Shown one piece after another: positions 56,815 through 64,000 of a DNA stretch of 64,000 nt. Below the pieces are notes generated by a model. It saw only the letters and a program-made list of their open reading frames with translations, made no database searches and was not told the DNA's origin. Origin of the DNA: Flavobacteriales bacterium (GTDB lineage Bacteria; Bacteroidota; Bacteroidia; Flavobacteriales; TMED113); contig PBGD01000007.1 in NCBI GenBank assembly GCA_002718895.1, positions 10,898 through 74,897 of the forward strand. The letters run 5' to 3'. Both the position numbers and the translations under genes were made by a program. Every line of letters starts with the position of its first letter. Positions within the stretch are counted from its first letter, which is position 1.

Positions 56815-57747
56815 ATGTCGTCAAAAGTAAAAATATTTTCAGGTCGATTTTCTCAAGAATTAGCTTCTAGAATTGCATCTGCATATAAGTTAGATTTAGG
56901 AAATGTAGTGTTTCATAATTTTAGTGATGGTGAATTTCAGCCATCGTATGAAGAAACTGTCCGAGGAAGTAAGGTGTTTATTATTCAATCTACACCTCCT
57001 CCATATGAAAATCTAATGGAGTTATTGTTAATGATAGATGCTGCCAAAAGAGCTTCTGCTAGTGAAATAATTGCTGTTGTTCCTTATTTTGGAATGGCAA
57101 GGCAGGATAGAAAAGATAAGCCTCGTGTTCCTATAGGTGCAAAATTATCAGCTAATTTGTTAAGTTCTGCCGGCGCAACTAGAATCGTTACGATTGATTT
57201 ACATGCTGATCAAATTCAAGGTTTCTTTGAAGTACCAGTTGACCATTTGTTTGCATCTACTGTATTTTTAAAATATATTCAATCTTTAAAATTATCTAAC
57301 TTAGTTATTGCCTCTCCTGATGTAGGAGGTACAAAAAGAGCGAATACTTATGCAAAATACTTAAATACTGAAATGGTGATTTGCTATAAGAAAAGGTTAG
57401 TTGCTAACAAAATAGATGAGATGCGTATTATTGGAAATGTCGAGGGGAAAAATGTAGTTTTAGTTGATGATATGATTGATACAGGTGGCACACTTGTAAA
57501 AGCAGCTGAAATAATGATTAATGAAGGAGCTTCTAGTGTACGAGCAATTTGTACACACCCAGTTTTATCATCAAATGCATATGAAAATATTACAAATTCT
57601 TTACTTGAAGAGTTAATAGTAAGTGATACAATCCCATTAAAAAAGGATTGTTCAAAAATCAAGGTTTTAACAATTTCGAATTTATTTGCTGATGTTATTA
57701 ATAATATAGATAGCCATCAGTCAATAAGTTCACAGTTTTTAATTTAA
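56815..57747 (+). CDS. prs: Ribose-phosphate pyrophosphokinase
   Basis: FSDGE, PYFG.ARQDRK, DLHADQIQGFF, SPDVGG, VDDMIDTGGT. Confidence 0.97.
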   Translation: MSSKVKIFSGRFSQELASRIASAYKLDLGNVVFHNFSDGEFQPSYEETVRGSKVFIIQSTPPPYENLMELLLMIDAAKRASASEIIAVVPYFGMARQDRKDKPRVPIGAKLSANLLSSAGATRIVTIDLHADQIQGFFEVPVDHLFASTVFLKYIQSLKLSNLVIASPDVGGTKRANTYAKYLNTEMVICYKKRLVANKIDEMRIIGNVEGKNVVLVDDMIDTGGTLVKAAEIMINEGASSVRAICTHPVLSSNAYENITNSLLEELIVSDTIPLKKDCSKIKVLTISNLFADVINNIDSHQSISSQFLI

Positions 57748-57757
57748 AAAATATATT

Positions 57758-58396
57758 ATGAAATCGGTATCAATAAATGGAATAGCGAGAGTAGATTTAG
57801 GTAAAAAATTTGCTAAAAAATTGCGAAAAGAAGATAATGTACCATGTGTTATTTACGGTGGGAAAGAAACCCCTGTACACTTCTACGCACATTCAAATGA
57901 ATTTAGAAAAATTGTATATACTCCCAATGTATATTTAATTGACATTGTAATAGAAAAACAAAATATAAAGGCGATAATGGGGGACATTCAATTCCATCCA
58001 GTAACAGACAAAATTTTACACATTGATTTTATTAGAATTTTTGATAACAAAAAATTCAAAGTAGAACTGCCAATTGTTTTAGAAGGTAACTCAATTGGTG
58101 TGAGAAATGGTGGTAGATTGGCACTAAATATGCGCCGTTTATGTATTGAAGGTTTATCGGCAGACATGCCTGAGAACATAAATATTGATATTTCAAATGT
58201 TAAGATTGGTCAAGCAATCCGTGTTTCTGATTTAAATTTAGACAATCTCACAATTATTAATAATCCTAATGATGTTGTAATGGCGGTGAAAACTGCAAGA
58301 GCTGCTATTCAGGAAGAAAATGAAGTAGATTCCCCAGAAAATTCTGAGGAGCCTAAATCTGAGGAGCCTAAATCTGAAGAAAATACGTCGGAATAA
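57758..58396 (+). CDS. rplY: 50S ribosomal protein L25/Ctc
   Basis: LR....VPCVIYGG, IQFHPVTD.ILHIDF, G.S.GV..GG; acidic tail. Confidence 0.96.
   Translation: MKSVSINGIARVDLGKKFAKKLRKEDNVPCVIYGGKETPVHFYAHSNEFRKIVYTPNVYLIDIVIEKQNIKAIMGDIQFHPVTDKILHIDFIRIFDNKKFKVELPIVLEGNSIGVRNGGRLALNMRRLCIEGLSADMPENINIDISNVKIGQAIRVSDLNLDNLTIINNPNDVVMAVKTARAAIQEENEVDSPENSEEPKSEEPKSEENTSE
58343..58377. repeat. 15-bp tandem duplication (TCTGAGGAGCCTAAA)x2 plus a partial copy in the L25 tail
   Basis: Read directly; encodes SEEPK-SEEPK-SE. Confidence 0.9.
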
Positions 58397-58427
58397 TTTA
58401 TCTTAATATATACAATTAACCGTATTT

Positions 58428-58988
58428 ATGAATAAGTTTTTAATTGTAGGACTTGGCAATCCAGGTCACAATTACGTTGGTACACGTCACAATATTGGAT
58501 TTGAAATATTAGATCAATGTGCTGAACATTTCTCTACGTCTTTTGAAGAATTGAAATATGGTAGCTTAGCTAAATTTAAAATGAAAGGTAGAAGTGTTCA
58601 TTTATTAAAACCTTCTACTTTTATGAACTTAAGTGGAAAAGCAGTAAGATACTATTTGCAGAGCTATAAAATTAATTTAAATAATTTATTAGTATCAGCA
58701 GATGATCTGCACCTACCATTGGGTACAATTAGATTAAAAAGAGGTGGACGTGATGGTGGTCATAATGGACATAGAGATATAATTGATAAAATGAATAGTT
58801 GTAATTATGCGAGATTAAAGTTTGGAATAGGTAGTGATTTTGATTTTGGAGAACAATCAAATTTTGTATTAGGAACATGGCCTGAAAATCAAAGAGAGAT
58901 TGTGAATGCTTGTATAAAAAAATCTATTAGTGCTATTATAGATTTCTGTAGCTTAGGAATAGATGATGCAATGAAAAATCACAATTGA
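58428..58988 (+). CDS. pth: Peptidyl-tRNA hydrolase
   Basis: LIVGLGNPG, TRHNIGF, KP.TFMNLSG, DDL.L, GGHNG. Confidence 0.97.
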   Translation: MNKFLIVGLGNPGHNYVGTRHNIGFEILDQCAEHFSTSFEELKYGSLAKFKMKGRSVHLLKPSTFMNLSGKAVRYYLQSYKINLNNLLVSADDLHLPLGTIRLKRGGRDGGHNGHRDIIDKMNSCNYARLKFGIGSDFDFGEQSNFVLGTWPENQREIVNACIKKSISAIIDFCSLGIDDAMKNHN

Positions 58989-59062
58989 CACAATAATTTT
59001 TTATACAACGCGTTTTTTATGTACAATTTATTTATATACGGGGGTATATTAAAATTCTTAAT

Positions 59063-59090
59063 AGAGGGACATTAGTCCCTCTTCTTTTTT
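59063..59090 (+). terminator. Intrinsic terminator after pth
   Basis: Perfect 8-bp stem AGAGGGAC-ATTA-GTCCCTCT followed by TCTTTTTT. Confidence 0.85.
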
Positions 59091-59099
59091 GATTATAAT

Positions 59100-59348
59100 T
59101 TAAATTATAGAAAAATGAGCTAGTACATATAGAGATAAACAGATGTACATTGGATATTTAACTAATTTATTTTGCAATATATCTTTTGGAAAATCTTTTA
59201 ATTCATTTTCAAAAAGATATAAAATCAGATACCATAAAATTATATTATTGTCTGGTAATACTCCGATATCAAAGAATGAGGATAGAATTATATCAACAGA
59301 CGTAATTAATCCAATGATACAATAAACGATAATAAGTATTTTTTTCAT
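59100..59348 (-). CDS. Small hypothetical membrane protein
   Basis: 82 aa, ATG start with A-rich leader, about 3 hydrophobic segments. Confidence 0.6.
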   Translation of the reverse strand: MKKILIIVYCIIGLITSVDIILSSFFDIGVLPDNNIILWYLILYLFENELKDFPKDILQNKLVKYPMYICLSLYVLAHFSII

Positions 59349-59489
59349 TTTACTTTAATTTATTATTGTAAATATACTAATAAAGTATTTATTATTTTAA
59401 AACCCCTTCAATCTATAAAAAAGGTAAAATTAGAGAAGAGAGAATTGGTAGAGTTTTTAAGTCAGAAATTACTAATGTGGGAGTGTTGG

Positions 59490-60113
59490 TTAATTAATAC
59501 AAGGAGTTCCATCTACTTTAACCATCTTTTCAATTAATTTCCTTGTTGTAATACTATAGTTATTATTTATAACATCTGTTGTATCTATAGATACAAACTC
59601 CAAAGTGAAACTTGAATCAGTGAATTCTGTTATGTTCAATATGGGTTCTTGATCTTCTTTCATGTCTAATAAAATTGTGGTATTATTTAAGTAGTAACTA
59701 CCATTAGTGAGTTTGGGATACATATCTCCAAAATAATTCGATGTATTATTATTAGAATCTATGTGGTTTACACACCTGTCAAATGTACCATCATATTTAA
59801 ATGTCAAGTGGTAAGTAAAATATAGTTCTAATCCAAAAGTCATTGGATTATTATCAAAGAATGGACTTTGATTAAATTCACTTCCTTCAGTAGTTGTAGA
59901 TGTTTCAGTACCATATATAGGGTCAATTTCAATATCATCAATTATTTCTATGTCTTCTGTAGAATCTAACACCCAATGTCCCAAAATAGATTCGGGATAA
60001 TCAGAAACAGGGATTTGGGTTGTTTCATCATTATTTATAGTGTCGGGATTGTCTTTTTCACATCCAATAGAAAATAATAATGTAACCACTAATAAAAAAA
60101 GATACTTATTCAT
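59490..60113 (-). CDS. Hypothetical lipoprotein, lipocalin-like
   Basis: Lipobox SIGC followed by EKD; ILGHWVL (GxW), LTF..DGT, G.Y, I.E.T....L pattern. Confidence 0.7.
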   Translation of the reverse strand: MNKYLFLLVVTLLFSIGCEKDNPDTINNDETTQIPVSDYPESILGHWVLDSTEDIEIIDDIEIDPIYGTETSTTTEGSEFNQSPFFDNNPMTFGLELYFTYHLTFKYDGTFDRCVNHIDSNNNTSNYFGDMYPKLTNGSYYLNNTTILLDMKEDQEPILNITEFTDSSFTLEFVSIDTTDVINNNYSITTRKLIEKMVKVDGTPCIN

Positions 60114-60147
60114 AAGATTAATTTACGAAAAAAATAATGGTCGGAAA

Positions 60148-61986
60148 CTACTCCACCGTAACAGATTTAGCTAAATTTCTTGGTTGGTCTACGTTACATC
60201 CCCTCATTTTCGCTATGTGATATGAAAATAGCTGTAGAGGGATGATGTTAATCAAAGGACTCAAATAATAATTTGTCTTTGGAACTTCAATAAAATCATC
60301 TGCAATTTTACTAATTTGATTATCACCTTCAGAAACAATTGCAATTAATTTACCATTTCTAGCTTTTATTTCTTGAGCATTGGCGAAAATCTTTTCATAG
60401 TTTCTTCTGTTTGTAGCAATAATAATAGTTGGCATATTTTCATCTATTAAAGCAATCGGTCCATGTTTCATTTCTGCTGCTGGATAACCTTCAGCATGAA
60501 TGTATGATATTTCTTTTAACTTTAAAGCGCCTTCAAGGGCTACTGGAAAACTCACACCCCTGCCCAAATACAATGCATTTTTTGCATTTTTATATTTTTT
60601 GGCAATTTCTTTTATATTATCACGGCATTTACTCAAAGTAAATTGCATTTTTTGATGAATAGATTTTAGTTCGTTGGTAATTTGATTAAAATCATTTTTA
60701 GAAATATTATTTTTAATTTTTGCTAGAGCTAATGCGATTAAAATAGACACAGATACTTGAGCAGTAAATGCTTTGGTGGAAGCGACTCCTATTTCAGGAC
60801 CAGCGTGTGTAAATGTTCCTACATTAACTAGCCTTGAAATTGATGAGCCAACCACATTACAAATCCCATATACTAATGCACCTTTCTCTTTAGCTAATTT
60901 TAAGGCTGAAAGTGTATCAGCTGTTTCTCCAGATTGAGAAAAGGCAATAACAATATCATTTTTGTAAATAACCGGATCACGATATCGGAATTCTGAAGCA
61001 TATTCAACTTCAACAGGTAATTTAGCTAAGCCTTCAATAATATATTCTGCTACTAATCCAGCAAGCCATGAAGTGCCACATCCTACTATAATTATTCTTT
61101 TTGAATTTTTAAAATTTTCAATACTTTCATTAAATCCTCTTAATTTAATTGTTTGAGTTTCTTGTAAAATTCTCCCCCTCAATGTGTCCACAATGGATTT
61201 AGGTTGTTCATAAATTTCTTTTAACATAAAAGTTTCATAACCTCCCTTTTCAATTTCTTCCAGCTCCATTGTCAATTGTTTAATAACTGGGGATTTAATT
61301 TTTTGATCTATTGTTAAAATTGAAAGTTTATTTCTTGAAATTTCTGCTATTTCGCCATCATCTAAATAAATAGCTTTTTTAGTATATTTCAAAAATGGTG
61401 ATGGGTCTGATGCAATATAATACTCTTCTTTACCAACACCAATTACTAATGGACTTCCATTTTTAGCTATTATAATAGTTTCAGGGTCTTCATTGCTCAT
61501 TACTAAAATAGAAAATGCTCCTACAACTTGAGTCAAAGTTTGCTGAATCGTTTCAGATAAAGATAATTTTAAATCACTATGTATGTATTCAATTAAATTT
61601 ATTAAAACCTCTGTGTCAGTATCTGATCTGAATTTGTAACCTTTTTGTATTAATCCTTCTTTTAGGGAATCATAATTTTCAATTATACCATTATGTACTA
61701 TTGCTAATTTTTTATTCATAGAAAAATGAGGATGCGCATTTTTGTCAATTGGTTTTCCGTGCGTAGCCCATCTTGTGTGCCCCATGACGATAGAAGAAGA
61801 ATCTTTTTTGTTTATTAATTCTTCTAAATCTGCAACTTTACCTTTTTTTTTTGATATGTGTAGTTTTTTATTTTTAAAATAACATAATCCAGCTGAATCG
61901 TAACCTCTGTATTCTAATCTTTTAAGGCCTTCAATTGCAATGGGAATTCCATTTTGTTCACCTATATAACCAACGATGCCACACAT
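60148..61986 (-). CDS. glmS: Glutamine--fructose-6-phosphate transaminase (isomerizing)
   Basis: MCGIVG, LEYRGYDSAG, GHTRWATHG, SQSGETADT, PRNLAKSVTVE. Confidence 0.98.
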   Translation of the reverse strand: MCGIVGYIGEQNGIPIAIEGLKRLEYRGYDSAGLCYFKNKKLHISKKKGKVADLEELINKKDSSSIVMGHTRWATHGKPIDKNAHPHFSMNKKLAIVHNGIIENYDSLKEGLIQKGYKFRSDTDTEVLINLIEYIHSDLKLSLSETIQQTLTQVVGAFSILVMSNEDPETIIIAKNGSPLVIGVGKEEYYIASDPSPFLKYTKKAIYLDDGEIAEISRNKLSILTIDQKIKSPVIKQLTMELEEIEKGGYETFMLKEIYEQPKSIVDTLRGRILQETQTIKLRGFNESIENFKNSKRIIIVGCGTSWLAGLVAEYIIEGLAKLPVEVEYASEFRYRDPVIYKNDIVIAFSQSGETADTLSALKLAKEKGALVYGICNVVGSSISRLVNVGTFTHAGPEIGVASTKAFTAQVSVSILIALALAKIKNNISKNDFNQITNELKSIHQKMQFTLSKCRDNIKEIAKKYKNAKNALYLGRGVSFPVALEGALKLKEISYIHAEGYPAAEMKHGPIALIDENMPTIIIATNRRNYEKIFANAQEIKARNGKLIAIVSEGDNQISKIADDFIEVPKTNYYLSPLINIIPLQLFSYHIAKMRGCNVDQPRNLAKSVTVE

Positions 61987-61991
61987 GTATG

Positions 61992-63167
61992 TTAAACTTT
62001 AATTAATACTAGTTTAAGACGAATTGGTTTGGAAGTTGTATTATTTATAATTATTCTTGAAGCACTAGCTCCTCTTTGATATGGATAAAGTTTAATTATT
62101 GGAGAATCACCATCAGTGATGATTTTTTGGACCTCTCTAGTGATATTAATTTCATATGAACTAGTTTCTGTATTCAGTGTTCCTCCACTAATTTCTTCAT
62201 TATTTGAATCAATAAATGAAATTTTATTAGGAATTTGCATCCCATTATTGTCATTATAAACTTCTAAAGAGAGAAGAGCTTCATTTACTATATATCCAGA
62301 ATCACTAAAGTTATTTAAAAATGAAAGATCAATTTCGCTAATGAAACCTCCCATAGATTGTAAAAAAATTAAACTATCTATTTGCTCAAGATCACTATTA
62401 TCTTCAAGTTGAAAATTATTAAGTCTAACACCGTTGATAGGAAAGTCATTTTCCTGTTCTTGCATCTCGGAATCTATATATTTTACATTAAGAACAGCAT
62501 CATCACTATTTAAATTAAAATACATAACTGCACTATTGAGAGAATTTGTCTTTATATGAAGACCTTTAAAATTGTTTTTAAATGTACTATCATTCTGAAG
62601 AAATTCGTCGGATAAATTTAGAATATTATCATAAACAAAATCGTTAGGTAATTCTAGCTCTAGATAACCACTACTTCTAACATTGCTTAATTGTTCCACG
62701 TTGTTAACACTATTCATAATTACATTTGAATTAATGGAATCATTCGAGTCAAAATCATAGTTAATATTCTCAGTAAGATGAGAAATTTCAATTTGATATT
62801 CTGCTAGCGAATCACCATAATAACCTATATATGGCAAAGTGATTTTAGCACTTTCTATACTATTTACATTAAAGCTCATATCATTATTAGGCAAACCAAT
62901 TTCAAAACAAAAGGAAGCTTTATTTGTGCCAAAAACTGGATCTACATAGCCACCGAGAAGATTAATATCATTTGACGGGGATTGATTAATTGGCCCTTCT
63001 TGTATTGAAGAGCTTTTAATATTAATTAAAGAGTCATCTAAAATAAAAACGACATATTCGTCATTTGCTAGTATGTTTTCCCCAATGAGACTTGTTTCAT
63101 TTTCACATGAGAAAATAAGGCTTATTAATAAAAAAGGAATAAAAAAATACTTGGAAATAGTATGCAT
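61992..63167 (-). CDS. DUF4270-like lipoprotein
   Basis: Lipobox IFSC, LLG.Y.DPVFG...ASF, F...FKGL.I; usual position between the glycogen synthase-like gene and glmS. Confidence 0.75.
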   Translation of the reverse strand: MHTISKYFFIPFLLISLIFSCENETSLIGENILANDEYVVFILDDSLINIKSSSIQEGPINQSPSNDINLLGGYVDPVFGTNKASFCFEIGLPNNDMSFNVNSIESAKITLPYIGYYGDSLAEYQIEISHLTENINYDFDSNDSINSNVIMNSVNNVEQLSNVRSSGYLELELPNDFVYDNILNLSDEFLQNDSTFKNNFKGLHIKTNSLNSAVMYFNLNSDDAVLNVKYIDSEMQEQENDFPINGVRLNNFQLEDNSDLEQIDSLIFLQSMGGFISEIDLSFLNNFSDSGYIVNEALLSLEVYNDNNGMQIPNKISFIDSNNEEISGGTLNTETSSYEINITREVQKIITDGDSPIIKLYPYQRGASASRIIINNTTSKPIRLKLVLIKV

Positions 63168-63173
63168 ATTTAG

Positions 63174-63986
63174 TTACACTAATGCTTCAGAAAAAAAATT
63201 TTGATAAAAATGATAATACGCATTTTGTTCATTTTCTTCAGGCTGCAAAGTTGAAATGCAATTATTATTAGCAAATTCTGTTAATTCTTTACACATATAG
63301 TTTTGTTCTAAAATAATTCCGTCAGAAAATTGACTTGCTATTAATTGCAAATTTTTATGATTTGATTTTTTAAGTATGTTAATATCATCATGTTCAATTC
63401 CATCAAATTTTATTTTATTAATAAGCTCAGAATTTAAATTATCATCAAAATTATCTTTATAAAAAGAGGAAATGATTTTTGTGTTTTCAAAAACTTGATG
63501 GGTATTATAGATTTTTTTGAGGTATAGTGGCAGTAACGATGTAAACCATCCGTGACAATGGATTATATCAGGACTCCATCCAAGCATCTGCAATGTTTCA
63601 AGCACACCTCTACAGAAAAACATCATTCTTTCATCATTGTCAGCTATATTTTCATGGTTTTTGTTTTTCAAGATAGCTTTTCTTTGAAAATACTCATCAT
63701 TATCAATGAAGTATACTTGTAATCTGGCCTGAGGAATTGAAGCCACCTTAACAATTAGTGGTTGATCAATATCGTTAATTACAATATTCACTCCCGAAAG
63801 ACGTATTACTTCGTGGAGTTGGTGTCTCCTTTCGTTTACACAGCCGTACTTCGGCATAAATAATCTAACCTCTATATCCTTATTTTTTTTTACTTTTTTT
63901 GCTAACTCAAGAACATGCTCGGCTATGTTACTATTTTCAATATATGGAAAAACTTCCTGAGAAACTATTAGAATTCTTTTCTGCAT
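63174..63986 (-). CDS. Glycogen/starch synthase N-terminal domain protein (GT5-like)
   Basis: R.FMPKYG..NERRHQLHEVIRLSG, QVYFIDN.EYF, DNDER..FF, PDIIHCHGW. Confidence 0.9.
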   Translation of the reverse strand: MQKRILIVSQEVFPYIENSNIAEHVLELAKKVKKNKDIEVRLFMPKYGCVNERRHQLHEVIRLSGVNIVINDIDQPLIVKVASIPQARLQVYFIDNDEYFQRKAILKNKNHENIADNDERMMFFCRGVLETLQMLGWSPDIIHCHGWFTSLLPLYLKKIYNTHQVFENTKIISSFYKDNFDDNLNSELINKIKFDGIEHDDINILKKSNHKNLQLIASQFSDGIILEQNYMCKELTEFANNNCISTLQPEENEQNAYYHFYQNFFSEALV

Positions 63987-64000
63987 CTACAATCTTACAT

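Noticed and set aside
58343-58377. 15-bp tandem duplication in rplY
   Set aside because: It falls in the low-complexity acidic tail of L25, which commonly varies; probably neutral.
631-60641. About 35 short ORFs in the track nested in or antisense to long genes (e.g. 631..990, 1600..1902, 25575..25781, 55614..55946, 60429..60641)
   Set aside because: They lie within well-supported genes, often start at TTG/GTG and show no motifs. They are typical shadow ORFs.
63174-63986. Half-length glycogen synthase as a possible pseudogene
   Set aside because: The ORF is intact, and a ~270-aa GT5 N-domain gene upstream of DUF4270 and glmS is a normal Bacteroidota arrangement.

Overview
This is very AT-rich, densely coding bacterial DNA. 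Gene content, synteny and TAnnTTTG promoter boxes point to Bacteroidota, most likely a streamlined Flavobacteriales-type genome; taxonomy is inferred, not searched. About 16.9-64 kb is mostly housekeeping: metG, hemW, ispG, leuS, ftsX, uppP, truB, queA, ispD, rlmN, dnaG, rsmI, tdk, alr, yidD, rnpA, nrdAB, glyQS, sod, tRNA-Leu(CAA), prs, rplY, pth and glmS. The first ~16.3 kb is an accessory cluster of exported proteins. It holds three CotH-family kinases with different architectures and anchors, and three proteins sharing an unusually short (~40 aa) T9SS-like C-terminal tail: a GH-A-like barrel apparently lacking its nucleophile, a 38-Cys protein of alternating unfamiliar repeats, and an M12 metalloprotease with thrombospondin-3 repeats. 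It also holds a MORN-like protein with a microsatellite-encoded (HG)7 tail, an OpgC-like acyltransferase, a patatin and a membrane protein. This cluster is the best candidate for an undescribed surface or extracellular system. Other points are an ATP-cone on NrdB (class Id-like RNR) with a long, possibly structured upstream region, and shortened MetG and DAHP synthase. I saw no CRISPR array, rRNA, transposase, integrase or phage genes. All product calls come from motif recognition by eye; no database searches were run.
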